A program made the position numbers and the translations under genes. 64,000 bases of DNA from Syntrophales bacterium (GTDB lineage Bacteria; Desulfobacterota; Syntrophia; Syntrophales; UBA4778): contig CAXXQE010000008.1 of assembly GCA_963665615.2 (NCBI GenBank), positions 62,001 to 126,000 on the forward strand, given 5' to 3'. Shown here piece after piece: positions 31,066-41,094 of the stretch; position 1 is the stretch's first letter; the number at the start of each line of letters is the position of its first letter. The notes beneath the pieces were generated by a model. It was not told where the DNA came from and searched no databases. It saw nothing but the letters and a program-made list of their open reading frames with translations.

Positions 31066-32457
31066 TTAACTTATCGCTTTTTTGACCTTCTCACGGATAC
31101 TGCTCTTCTCGAGCAGCGCCGTCGTATAGCGGCCGCTCACGAAGTCCTCGTCCTCCATAACGACGCGCTGCAGAATCGTTGTGGTCTTGACGCCGTCGAT
31201 GCGAAGTTCGCCGAGCGCCCGTCTCATTCTGTCGATGGCGCTGTCACGCGTCCGCCCCCAGCTAATCAGCTTCATGAGCAGCGAATCGTAGTAATAGGGG
31301 ACTGGAGCGCCCTCATAGATTCCTTCATCGATTCGGATCCCAGGTCCCAGCGGAAGCCTTAGGCGGCTGATCCGCCCTGGCGAGGGCACAAAGTTCAACG
31401 GATCTTCCGCATTGATGCGACACTCAACGGCATGCTGGATAAATCGGATATCATCTTGATCGAATTCAAGGGGATTGCCCGCGGCGATCTTGATCTGGGC
31501 CTTGACCAGGTCGATACCGGTAGCCATCTCGGTAATGCAGTGCTCCACCTGAAGCCTGGAGTTGATTTCGTTAAAATAAAAGACCGTCGGATCATCGGGC
31601 AGATAAAAGAACTCGACGGTCAGGGCACCGACATAATTGAGGGCCATTGCCACATCGATGGCTGCGGCCCCCATCTTCATTCTCAGGTGGGGCGACAGAA
31701 CCGAACAGGGTGATTCTTCGACGAGTTTCTGGAAGCGGCGCTGCACCGAGCAGTCACGGTCTCCCAGGTGAACGATATTCCCGAATTGATCCGCCACAAT
31801 CTGAAACTCAACGTGCTTCACATTGGTCAGATACTTTTCAATATAGAAAACGGAGAGTCCGAAGGCCTTGCGCCCGCGGTTGCTGGCCGCCTCGACAGCC
31901 CTGTCCAGTTCCTTCTGGTTATTGGCGATTGAGATCCCGATGCCGCCGCCGGCGCCGGAAGGCTTGACCACGACAGGGTAGCCAATGGCCTCTGCTATTT
32001 CACGAGCCTGATTAAGCCCTTTGGGGCCGATGTCGGTGATGCCTTCATCCGATCCGGGCGTAACAGGGATATTGATCATCTTCATCATCTGCCGTGCCCG
32101 ATTCTTGGGCTTCGCCTTGGACATGCACTCGCTCGTCGGACCGATAAACGTGATCCCGCGCTGCTCGGCCTTTTCGGCAAATTCGGGGTTTTCAGAGAGA
32201 AATCCATAACCGGGATGGATCGCCTCGGCGCCGCTGCGCTCGGCGGTATCGAGAACCTTGTCGATATTGAGATAGCTCGACAGCGCCTCGGGCGGGCCGA
32301 TCTCATAAGCCTCGTCCGCCAGCTTGATATGAAGCGAATCGGCATCCGCCTGGGAGTAAATCGCGACCGTTTTGATACCCATATCCTGACAGGTACGCAT
32401 CACGCGAACCGCTATTTCGCCGCGGTTGGCAACCAGTATCTTTTTGAATGTCTTCAT
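31066..32457 (-). CDS. accC: Biotin carboxylase (acetyl-CoA/pyruvate carboxylase BC subunit)
   Basis: ILVANRGEIA, HPGYGFLSEN, RDCSVQRR, RLQVEH, ECRINAED. Confidence 0.9.
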   Translation of the reverse strand: MKTFKKILVANRGEIAVRVMRTCQDMGIKTVAIYSQADADSLHIKLADEAYEIGPPEALSSYLNIDKVLDTAERSGAEAIHPGYGFLSENPEFAEKAEQRGITFIGPTSECMSKAKPKNRARQMMKMINIPVTPGSDEGITDIGPKGLNQAREIAEAIGYPVVVKPSGAGGGIGISIANNQKELDRAVEAASNRGRKAFGLSVFYIEKYLTNVKHVEFQIVADQFGNIVHLGDRDCSVQRRFQKLVEESPCSVLSPHLRMKMGAAAIDVAMALNYVGALTVEFFYLPDDPTVFYFNEINSRLQVEHCITEMATGIDLVKAQIKIAAGNPLEFDQDDIRFIQHAVECRINAEDPLNFVPSPGRISRLRLPLGPGIRIDEGIYEGAPVPYYYDSLLMKLISWGRTRDSAIDRMRRALGELRIDGVKTTTILQRVVMEDEDFVSGRYTTALLEKSSIREKVKKAIS

Positions 32458-32548
32458 GTCTACCCCCGAGGTTGAAAATCAATATTCGATCAATGCCATC
32501 CGGATCGGCCGGTTCTGGAAACCTTTATATTTTTATATCGGGCTAACC

Positions 32549-32666
32549 ATTGAAGATTCCCCAGAGCAAGCTCCGAAGCATCTCCGATCCCCAAGGAAAA
32601 CGTTCCGTTCCGATTTGCCCGCTGCCCCCGCGGCAAGCTGCGGGGATGCGTTCATTAACGGATTCA
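32549..32666 (+). repeat. Dispersed ~110-bp palindromic repeat, copy B
   Basis: ATTGAAG...GAGCAAGCTCC...CCCCGCGGCAAGCTGCGGGG. Confidence 0.7.
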
Positions 32667-33142
32667 TGGGTTCTGGGAGACTTAACAAGCAAAGGCCGCC
32701 GCCATGGACCTAAAAAAGGTCGAGGGACAAAGCGTCCCGCAGAAGGCGTCGTTGATAAAACCATTTCATGGTTGCGATGATTGCGTGCAGTCGAGCATGT
32801 ATATCTCAAGACGCCTCGCATGTAAATACAGAAAAATTTCCAAATTTCTCCGGAGCAGGAAGGCTGCAGATATCAGCCGGCTTCGGAGAGCTCGTGTGAC
32901 TCAAATATACATAAAAGAGATTCTCAAGAATTGTGAGGTACAAAATAGAAAGCGGGCGGCCGGTCTCTTGGAAAGAACGGTCGCCCGCCATGCCGACGAG
33001 CAGTCTCTTATCGAAGACCGCCGGAGTAAGATCCGGCGAGCCTCTGATCCTGAAAGCAGATATTTAAACGTGATTCGCTCGCATCCCTCCCGGCAACCTG
33101 GGAGAGATGCGCTTGCTGCTGGACTCAAAATAACGCGACAAC

Positions 33143-33868
33143 CTAGGCGTATAAAGAATCGGTCGAACCGGACGTCGAGCCCGCTGCCGATGCAGCAATC
33201 ATATCGATTAACTTACCGAGGAGATCCGATTGCATGTCGCTGCCATTTGCCGCAAAATCATCGCTCCCCTGCCCTTTTCCATCCGGAGGTGGCGGCCCTT
33301 GAAGGTGCTGAGCGACCTGCAGGAACGTGCTCTTGGCACTGTCCAAATCCCCCGACGCCAACGCCTCTTTGATCGTGTTAAGGTCGGTGGCCAACGGATT
33401 GGAACTGTCCGTGCTCGATGTCGTGCTGTCGGTAGTCGAAGACGTTCCGCTCACCGACGCCAGATCCGACTGGAGTTGCTCCAATAGGGTCTGCGCACTC
33501 GTTGTGTCTCCCGACTGCAGGGCCTGCCAGAGCGAACTCATGTCCGTCGAGATGCTATCGGAGTCACTTTCGGAATCTGTCGCATTTCCTGCTGGTGGAG
33601 GTGGCGGCGGAGCGCCGCCCGGCATCATCTCCTGCTGGAGTTTGGCCAGTCCCGATTCGAACTCCTGTTGACTGATAGCACCGTCGCTATCCGTATCCAA
33701 CGCCTTGATAAATGCGTCAATCTGCGTGTCGCTCTTCCCTGATGCGCTTTGCAGCTCCGTTTTGCCGATCAGACCGTCCGAGTTCTGATCCAGCTGGGTG
33801 AAGAGTGTCTGTCGCATCTTGACAAGCATGGCATCACCTGAACTGCTGTTGCTGTTTGAACTAATCAT
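33143..33868 (-). CDS. EF-hand Ca-binding protein with Ser/Thr-rich and polyproline segments
   Basis: DQNSDGLIGKTE and DTDSDGAISQQE loops; AAGGAG RBS. Confidence 0.82.
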   Translation of the reverse strand: MISSNSNSSSGDAMLVKMRQTLFTQLDQNSDGLIGKTELQSASGKSDTQIDAFIKALDTDSDGAISQQEFESGLAKLQQEMMPGGAPPPPPPAGNATDSESDSDSISTDMSSLWQALQSGDTTSAQTLLEQLQSDLASVSGTSSTTDSTTSSTDSSNPLATDLNTIKEALASGDLDSAKSTFLQVAQHLQGPPPPDGKGQGSDDFAANGSDMQSDLLGKLIDMIAASAAGSTSGSTDSLYA

Positions 33869-34404
33869 AATTGACTCCTTTCTTCTGTGCTCTTCTCGAC
33901 ATACTTGTCGGCATACGCCCCCCCTTAGCACCTGTTAATATTTGTTAAGCGAACCTCAAGCGATGCAAAGTCCCAGTGGGAAGTCTTTGCAGTCGGCCAT
34001 CATATGGATAGCTAAGAGGCCATGCCTGTGCCGATCGGCACCCGTTCGATCCAGACCGCAATCAACTTTACAATTATTAACCGCTCTCGGATTAAAGGCT
34101 CCGCGAGAATGTCCCGGCGACGCTTCGTTCCTTAGGGGGAGTCGCCCTATGGCGATTTGTTCGCATTTCCAGCAGCGAGCTATAATCCACTCGCGCTGGC
34201 GGATAGTCCTGTTCTGAATCGACACTGAAAAAGCCTGAAACCAGATAGAGGGGGGGGTTGTTTTATCTTAGTGACTGCTTTACACTTCTTAACGCGGATA
34301 TCCTTTATTCCGTGATACTTTACAATTCACATTTAACCGGAAAGCGGAAATTCTTGCCTGTTTAATCGCCAAATGCGCCTCAGCCGGATGGAGAACGAAA
34401 GAAG

Positions 34405-35160
34405 ATGGAAGAAATATACGATCGCATATTGGTTATCGACGACGACGTGGAACTCTGTTCGCTCCTCGCGGAGTATTTGAAACCGGAGGGTTTCAGAATC
34501 GAGACCGCCCACCAGGGAGAAAAAGGCGTGGACATGGCACAGACGGGCAACTTCAGTCTGATTATTCTGGATGTAATGCTTCCCGGTAAGATAAACGGTT
34601 TCGACGTTCTCCGGTTCCTTCGCAGTACAACCGACATTCCGATTCTGATGCTTTCGGCGCGCGGTGAAGACGTCGATCGGATTGTCGGTCTGGAAATGGG
34701 GGCCGACGACTACATCCCCAAACCCTTCAACCCGCGGGAGCTACTGGCGCGCATCCGGACCATTTTGAGACGGTCTGCGGCCACTGTAACGGGCATTGCC
34801 GGCTCCCCGATGACCGCTCGTTATAGAGTCGGTTGCGTAGAGCTTGACCCCGGCGCAAGGCAAGCTTACTGTCTGGAGCATCCAATCGATTTGACCGGCG
34901 TCGAATTCAGCCTTCTCGAACTACTCCTTAAAAATGCCGGACGGATCATGTCGCGGGAACAACTCTCTCAGGACGTCCTCGGTCGGGAACTCTCTCCATA
35001 CGACCGGAGTATCGACGTCCACGTCAGCAAGCTTCGCAAAAAGCTAGGGGCTCTAAGTACGGAGGCAGGCCCCATCAAATCCGTTCGGGGCTCCGGTTAT
35101 ATCTATGCGGCACCCGCCGGCGCTTATGATCCGTCTCAAGAGGCAATGCCGGAGGTATAA
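34405..35160 (+). CDS. cpxR: OmpR-family response regulator, CpxR-like
   Basis: DDD, LDVMLP, GADDYIPKPFNPREL, DRSIDVHVSKLRKK. Confidence 0.8.
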   Translation: MEEIYDRILVIDDDVELCSLLAEYLKPEGFRIETAHQGEKGVDMAQTGNFSLIILDVMLPGKINGFDVLRFLRSTTDIPILMLSARGEDVDRIVGLEMGADDYIPKPFNPRELLARIRTILRRSAATVTGIAGSPMTARYRVGCVELDPGARQAYCLEHPIDLTGVEFSLLELLLKNAGRIMSREQLSQDVLGRELSPYDRSIDVHVSKLRKKLGALSTEAGPIKSVRGSGYIYAAPAGAYDPSQEAMPEV

Positions 35161-35173
35161 CAACAAGGTCCTG

Positions 35174-36643
35174 ATGAAACGATTCGGTCTCTTTTTAAAA
35201 ATCTACCTGAGCTTTCTGCTGACGACCATCGTGATTGTCAGCACCTTCGTGTATCTGGATCACCTGACAGGATCCGGACCGATGATTCGGCATTGGCGAC
35301 AAACCGTGGGCAAGACCATCTCATTCTACGGTACTGAAGCCGTGCGCATCTACGATCAGGAGGGTGCACCTTCTCTAAAGGATTTTTTCTCGCGCCTGGA
35401 GAAAGCAACGGGCGTTCAGGCGTTTCTCTTCGATAAAGCGGGCCATGAAATCAGTGGTCGCCCCATGAGCGGAAAAACCAAGGAGATGATTGCCTCCGTC
35501 ATGAGCGACCGGTACGATGGCGGCGAATTGCACGACGAGCACTTCAGCGCCATGGCAGAAAAGATCGCAGGGCTGAAGGGTACTTATAGCTTCGTATCCA
35601 TTCGTCCGCATCCATTCCCGATGGGACCTGTTCCACCCCCTATGCAAGGTCCTCATTTCGGACCTTCCTCCGACCAAAGGCCCGGTTTTGGACTTCACCC
35701 AATGCCACCCCCCGGTCCGCCGCCGGGTTTTTCGCCGCTACACTTTTACGTTAGGCTGTTTATCGCATTGGTTCTGTCCGGACTGGCGTGTTTTCTCCTC
35801 GCCCGCTATCTGACCCGCCCCATATTCACTTTGGGCCATGCCGCGCGACAACTCGCCGGAGGCAATCTTTCCATACGCGTCGGTCATGCCCTTTCCTCAC
35901 ACAAGGATGAACTGGCCGGATTGGCTGCCGATTTCGACCTGATGGCCGAGCGGATCGAGACGCTCTTGGTGTCGCAGCAGAATCTGTTAAGGGACGTCTC
36001 CCATGAATTGCGTTCCCCGCTGGCCCGCCTCAATGTCTCTTTGGAACTCTGCCGGAAGCGCTTTGGGATGGAGGGGGAAGACCTGTTGAGTCGCATGGAA
36101 AACGAGGTCCGGAAACTGGATCGGCTGATCGGACAGATCCTCACCCTGAACCGGATTGAGATGGACCCGGTCAATATCGCAAAGGCTCCCGTCGATCTTG
36201 AAGAACTATTGGAAGAAGTGATCGCGGACGCGAATTACGAAGCGGGGCAAAACAGGACGACCCTCCTGGAGAGCCGTCCGTGCAGCGTTCATGGCAACCG
36301 GGAATTACTGCGGCGCGCCTTTGAAAACACGGTACGCAATGCCCTTTCTCATACCCCGCCTGACAGCACCGTAGAGATCACCCTGCGTTGTGCCGGCACA
36401 GAGGAGGCCAAAGGGACGGCATCCATTGTCATCAGGGATCACGGCGAGGGCGTTCCGGAATCGGAGTTAAATCTGATTTTCAGGCCATTTTACCGCGTGG
36501 CGGAAAGCGGTGCGCTAAGCGCCGGCACAGGGCTCGGTCTGGCAATCGCGGAGGCAGCCCTCCGCAGGCATGGCGGCAGTATCGTCGCCAGAAACGCCCC
36601 CGACGGCGGCCTCATCATGGAGATGACCCTGCCCTGCACGTAA
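35174..36643 (+). CDS. cpxA: Sensor histidine kinase, CpxA-like
   Basis: Two TMs, HAMP, DVSHELRSPLARL, N box, GTGLGLAI; Pro-rich periplasmic insert. Confidence 0.8.
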   Translation: MKRFGLFLKIYLSFLLTTIVIVSTFVYLDHLTGSGPMIRHWRQTVGKTISFYGTEAVRIYDQEGAPSLKDFFSRLEKATGVQAFLFDKAGHEISGRPMSGKTKEMIASVMSDRYDGGELHDEHFSAMAEKIAGLKGTYSFVSIRPHPFPMGPVPPPMQGPHFGPSSDQRPGFGLHPMPPPGPPPGFSPLHFYVRLFIALVLSGLACFLLARYLTRPIFTLGHAARQLAGGNLSIRVGHALSSHKDELAGLAADFDLMAERIETLLVSQQNLLRDVSHELRSPLARLNVSLELCRKRFGMEGEDLLSRMENEVRKLDRLIGQILTLNRIEMDPVNIAKAPVDLEELLEEVIADANYEAGQNRTTLLESRPCSVHGNRELLRRAFENTVRNALSHTPPDSTVEITLRCAGTEEAKGTASIVIRDHGEGVPESELNLIFRPFYRVAESGALSAGTGLGLAIAEAALRRHGGSIVARNAPDGGLIMEMTLPCT

Positions 36644-36755
36644 AAACGAAGTTGCGACGTTAAGAGGCTGAGAAGTTGAGAAAGAATGACAAGGTGCGTA
36701 TGGAGCGCCTTTTGCCTAACTTCTCAGTTTCTCATCTTCTGAACGTCGGTCTTTA

Positions 36756-37868
36756 TCACCAGCTCCAGGTCGGCAGCATCACGCCTATCCCGATACGGTT
36801 CGAGCTGGCGTTATAGTCCAACAGACTCTCTCCATACCCATTGAAATACTGGATGTAGCCGCTGATGCGGTCGTGGGCAAGCCAGTGAAAAGGCAACGGG
36901 AAACTCCAGCCGAGTTGCACCGCCCCTTTGTTTCTATTGATACGCAGATTATTGCGAAACATAATCTCGAAACGATGATCCCGCCAGTAATAAACGCCCA
37001 AAATCTCGCCATACCCCAGATAGGCGTCGATATCCGGATTATCATCGCTGCCGGTCGATTCCGGTATCCGGAACCAGGGTTTGATATACAGGTTGAACTC
37101 GTTACGGCCCGACTCGCGATTTGTCCGGTTGAAAACCTTCTCAAAACCAAACTCCGCGTATACCCGGTTCCAACTCCTTGATGACGGTCTGGCCCGACCG
37201 TTGGACTGATGATCGAATCCCAAATTGATCATGCGACCGTTGAGCAAGCCAAGATCGAAGAGGTCGTAGTTCGTGCGCCAGGTAATAATCCCTTCGGGTT
37301 CGTAGTTCGTATCGCGGAAGGGCGAAGAGAATGCCGAATTATAGAGCTGCCAGAAGGAGGTCTGCGTATAAGCCAGCCACACATCGATGTGCTCGCCAAG
37401 AAAACCGTCCGGAATAATCCGGGCCTTGCCGCTGATCTGGTACTTCACTTCCTTGCTGTCCGCCTTTGCGTCCGGGTCAACGTCCAGCTGAGTATTTTCA
37501 TTCGGGGTGTTATTGTAGGTCGCCAGCAGAATATAAGAGGGGCGATAAGGCCGGATCGGCGGCGAGTGTTTACGGCTTTCCGGATCGAGATCCCATAGGC
37601 GCTCCATCATGGAAATAAAAACCGGCTGGACCGGCTTCTCCGTCGGGACGATTTCAGGTATGACAGCAGCGTTAGCCGGTTGTGTATGCCCGGCCACCTT
37701 GTCATAGCAGGACAGTCGCTTTGCGTCGTCAGTCTCCGCCGCGCACCGGTTCAGGTCTTCGGTAAGACCGGCACGGGCACTGCCTGCCAGGCATGGCCAG
37801 AGAAAAAGCACGGCCAACGCAATCAGCAGATGTAAACGCCACCGCCCCATAAAGCCCTCCACGCTCAT
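36756..37868 (-). CDS. pldA: Outer-membrane phospholipase A
   Basis: SSPFRDTNYEPE, HQSNG...SRSWNR, FNGYGESLLDYN. Confidence 0.93.
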   Translation of the reverse strand: MSVEGFMGRWRLHLLIALAVLFLWPCLAGSARAGLTEDLNRCAAETDDAKRLSCYDKVAGHTQPANAAVIPEIVPTEKPVQPVFISMMERLWDLDPESRKHSPPIRPYRPSYILLATYNNTPNENTQLDVDPDAKADSKEVKYQISGKARIIPDGFLGEHIDVWLAYTQTSFWQLYNSAFSSPFRDTNYEPEGIITWRTNYDLFDLGLLNGRMINLGFDHQSNGRARPSSRSWNRVYAEFGFEKVFNRTNRESGRNEFNLYIKPWFRIPESTGSDDNPDIDAYLGYGEILGVYYWRDHRFEIMFRNNLRINRNKGAVQLGWSFPLPFHWLAHDRISGYIQYFNGYGESLLDYNASSNRIGIGVMLPTWSW

Positions 37869-37976
37869 ACGTTACCCTCGTATACGCCAAACAGTCCCTG
37901 ACTTGCGTCTAACGTCTTTTGCACAACCGGGCTTCGGGCTTGCTGTTTTTGCTTAACTTCTCAGCTTCTCAACCTC

Positions 37977-39002
37977 TCAACTTCTGTCTTTCAGATGATC
38001 CCAGGCCTTCGGTTCCAGCGTCACAATCCTTCCGTCCGGCAATACCAACTGACGGCCTTCGTTCTCAGCGAGCACCTCGCCGATGATCGAAACCGGCGTA
38101 CCCGTTTCGGAAGTGATCTGTTGTGCAAGCGCTTCTGCATGAGCAGCTGGGACTGTAAAGAGGAGCTCGTAGTCCTCTCCCCCGAAAAGGGAAAAGTGCC
38201 ATTCGTGATTGCGGCACACTTTCGAGAGGCGGCGATTTTCAGGATGCACCGGAAGCCGCTCTGCGTCAACGCGAACGCCGACATGACTGCGTTCGCAGAT
38301 ATGACCGAGATCCCCGGCCAGGCCGTCGCTCACATCGAGCATCGCCGTTGCCAGGCGCGACTGCGCAATCATCCGGCCCTCGTTCAAGCGCGCCGCGGGA
38401 CGGCTGAAGCGCCGCGCAGTGATCCCCGTATAGTCATCTGTTGAAGTAAGCGCCTTATCGAGCTGCATCGCGATCCCCGCCGCGGCATCGCCGAGGCTGC
38501 CCGTCACGAGGATCTTGTCGCCGGGGCGCGCCCCTTCCCGTAAAAGAATCTCACCCTCCGGCGCTTCGCCCATTACAAAGATATCGATAAAGAAGCCTAG
38601 CTGCGATCCCGAGATGTTGCCGCCGATCAATGCCGTTCCCGACGCCTGCGCCTCATCGCGCAGCCCCGCATAGAGTTCATCGATAAACGCGACCGGCAGA
38701 TCCTTCGGGAGTCCCAGCGAAATCAAGGCAAAGCGCGGTACCCCCCCCGTAGAGGCAATGTCGCTCAGGTTGATGGCAAGCGCCTTGTGGCCGAGATCGC
38801 GCGGCGAAACGCTCTGGCGCAGGAAGTGCGAACCCTCCATCTGGACGTCGCACGTGACCAGCCAGACCTTGCCTTCGCTGCCCCGCAATACGGCCACGTC
38901 ATCGCCGATCCCGACGATCACATCCGGGGCCGCCTCCGGCAGCATCCCGCGGATGCGGTCGATCAACCCGAATTCACCCAGATCGGATATTTTCATAATC
39001 AC
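37977..39002 (-). CDS. thiL: Thiamine-monophosphate kinase
   Basis: GEFGLI, GIGDD, NLSDIA, DVSDGL, GGEDYEL. Confidence 0.95.
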   Translation of the reverse strand: MIMKISDLGEFGLIDRIRGMLPEAAPDVIVGIGDDVAVLRGSEGKVWLVTCDVQMEGSHFLRQSVSPRDLGHKALAINLSDIASTGGVPRFALISLGLPKDLPVAFIDELYAGLRDEAQASGTALIGGNISGSQLGFFIDIFVMGEAPEGEILLREGARPGDKILVTGSLGDAAAGIAMQLDKALTSTDDYTGITARRFSRPAARLNEGRMIAQSRLATAMLDVSDGLAGDLGHICERSHVGVRVDAERLPVHPENRRLSKVCRNHEWHFSLFGGEDYELLFTVPAAHAEALAQQITSETGTPVSIIGEVLAENEGRQLVLPDGRIVTLEPKAWDHLKDRS

Positions 39003-39216
39003 TCAGTCCATCCCTTTTTCAGACAAAGCACATCCGGACGCCGCAATAGGAAAACCCGCAAGATGCCAGATACTTTTCTACTGCAACTAAGCACTTTTTA
39101 TTGAATTATTCAACGAAACTGTTTATTAATTCCGGCATATTCTGATGATATACGTCAAAAAATCTGGTAATAATCATTACCAAAAATCTGAAAATGTGTA
39201 TTACGCATAATATTTG

Positions 39217-39798
39217 TTCGGTGCGATGGAGACGCGAAATGAACCAGCCGGATTTCACGAAAATTTTCTTTGAATATTTCGGAGGAAAACCGAGGAAGGT
39301 ACGCTACGAACTCCGACATCCTCCGAATTTTCTCCACGACTTGACGTTTCTGAGCAGCCTAATTCATGATGCAGGCTTTCTCCTGAAAGACGTCGTCATA
39401 AAAGGCAGAAAGCTCACAATCCCGATTAGACGGGACTGTTGGGAAATCCCAATGACTTCAAACTATGAGTTGCATGTCGCTACCGCAAAGCTAGTTTTTG
39501 CGACCGCGCAAGACGTCAGATGGGTATTCCAAGACATAACAAAGGCCGATCCGGAGCAAGAACTGTCAATCGACGGTCTATGCATCAATGAGTCCTTTCG
39601 TTCTCATACCGCTGACCGATTTGACTTCACTGTCCTTGGTCATGGTTGGCAACTTGGATTCTCATTGGACAAGTTCGCTTTCATGGTGAGGTTACAGGAT
39701 AACGAGATCCCTTATCTGTTCTCGGAAAGAAAGAACACCGAACTAAACGTTCCACCGGATCGGCGAGGAAAGGCATTCGCCTCCCGGTGAAGTTCATG
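39217..39798 (+). mobile_element. Integron gene cassette (no integrase in view)
   Basis: 5' core G|TTCGGTG is the exact complement of the R'' box CACCGAAC in the downstream attC. Confidence 0.75.
39239..39790 (+). CDS. Cassette-borne hypothetical protein (183 aa)
   Basis: GGAGA RBS; stop codon lies inside the attC. Confidence 0.7.
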   Translation: MNQPDFTKIFFEYFGGKPRKVRYELRHPPNFLHDLTFLSSLIHDAGFLLKDVVIKGRKLTIPIRRDCWEIPMTSNYELHVATAKLVFATAQDVRWVFQDITKADPEQELSIDGLCINESFRSHTADRFDFTVLGHGWQLGFSLDKFAFMVRLQDNEIPYLFSERKNTELNVPPDRRGKAFASR

Positions 39799-39804
39799 TT
39801 AGCA
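39737..39804 (+). other. attC recombination site
   Basis: ACCGAAC-N5-GTTCCACC...GGTGAAG-N5-GTTAGCA with inner stem GGCGA/TCGCC. Confidence 0.75.
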
Positions 39805-39843
39805 ATAGCGGATAACTTTCTTTTTGCTTGAACTTAATATATT

Positions 39844-40233
39844 ATGAAAAATACTGATCCAGCTCATACCCCCCTAATCAAATGCTTTGATTGTGGCCAG
39901 TTATGCTGCCACTACATTACTGTAAAAATACCGACGCCACGCACTATTCGAGACTTTGACGGATTACTATGGCAGTTGTCTCATGATAATATAAGCGCAT
40001 TTAGAGATTGTACAGGCTGGTATCTTATCATCTACAATCATTGCGCTCATTTGAAAGACAATGGGAAATGCGGAATTTACGAATACCGCCCAATTACTTG
40101 CCGAGAGCATTCTCAGGATGCATGTGAACATGGCAATCCAATTCCAAAAGCAGCAAGCCAATATTTCAAGGATTTCAAGTCACTTAACAATTACTGTAAA
40201 AAGAAATTCAAAACATGGGATAAACGATTTTAG
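39844..40233 (+). CDS. YkgJ-family cysteine-cluster (CxxCxxCC) protein
   Basis: CFDCGQLCC, CAHL...CGIYEYRPITCR. Confidence 0.85.
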   Translation: MKNTDPAHTPLIKCFDCGQLCCHYITVKIPTPRTIRDFDGLLWQLSHDNISAFRDCTGWYLIIYNHCAHLKDNGKCGIYEYRPITCREHSQDACEHGNPIPKAASQYFKDFKSLNNYCKKKFKTWDKRF

Positions 40234-40284
40234 CGTGGAAGTTCTCTGAAGCTTATTGACAACACCATCAAAGGAGGGAAAGTC

Positions 40285-40656
40285 ATGTCAATAAAAATAA
40301 AGCCGCCGTGCCTTTTCGTCTTATTGATCCTCTTGGCCACTGCAATGACGTTATATTCAGCGCCGTCCATTTCCTATGCGCATGCGCCGCAGCGGGTGGT
40401 CCTCACCTATCAGCCGGGGACGAATAACCTGAATGTTACGGTCAGCCACAACCACTACGCCGAAAACCATTACATCAAGAAGATCGAGATTAGAAAAAAC
40501 GGCAAGGTCGTTGACGAGCATCACTTCGGCAATCAGGCCAAGGAGACCTTCGTTTATGCCGTGACCGTGAATGCCGCCCCAGGCGATGTTCTCGAGGCCA
40601 AGGCCACCTGTAACCGGTTCGGTTCCAAATCCGAAAAACTGACTGTCAGCGAATAA
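40285..40656 (+). CDS. Exported His-rich beta-sandwich protein, desulfoferrodoxin-like
   Basis: Signal peptide, HAP, HNH..NHYI, CNRFG. Confidence 0.6.
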   Translation: MSIKIKPPCLFVLLILLATAMTLYSAPSISYAHAPQRVVLTYQPGTNNLNVTVSHNHYAENHYIKKIEIRKNGKVVDEHHFGNQAKETFVYAVTVNAAPGDVLEAKATCNRFGSKSEKLTVSE

Positions 40657-40682
40657 ACGCCAACAATAGTGGATAACGCCTT

Positions 40683-41081
40683 ATGCCTTTGATCCTCCTT
40701 CATGTGCTGATGATGATTCTGGGCGCCTTGTGCATCCTGGCCGGCGTGAGCTTTGCGAGTCTTTTGCGATCCCGCAGTTGGTGGCTGAAGGCACACCGCG
40801 TCGCGGGCGCGGCAGGAGCCGCCGGTCTGGTCGCCGGTTTCACGGCGGCATTTTTCATGATCTGGCGAATGAAGCTGGAGCATTTCGATCACCCCCACAC
40901 CTGGGCGGGGGCTGTTACGGTCTTTCTGGGGGTAGCGGCGCCCATCATCGGTTACCTGCAATTCAGGCTTCGCAACCGGCGCGCGCAGCTGCGTCTCTGG
41001 CATCGCCGGGCCGGCTACGCGCTGCTGATCGTCATGCCGTTGGCGCTTTTGTCTGGACTTTGGGCTGCCGGGCTTCTCTAA
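40683..41081 (+). CDS. Four-TM cytochrome b561-like (DUF4079) protein
   Basis: Four TMs each preceded by His (LHV, AHR, HPHT, WHR). Confidence 0.7.
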   Translation: MPLILLHVLMMILGALCILAGVSFASLLRSRSWWLKAHRVAGAAGAAGLVAGFTAAFFMIWRMKLEHFDHPHTWAGAVTVFLGVAAPIIGYLQFRLRNRRAQLRLWHRRAGYALLIVMPLALLSGLWAAGLL

Positions 41082-41094
41082 AAGAAAACGAAAC

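Noticed and set aside
32704..33372. 222-aa plus-strand ORF
   Set aside because: Arg-rich, motif-free and overlapping the EF-hand gene in antisense
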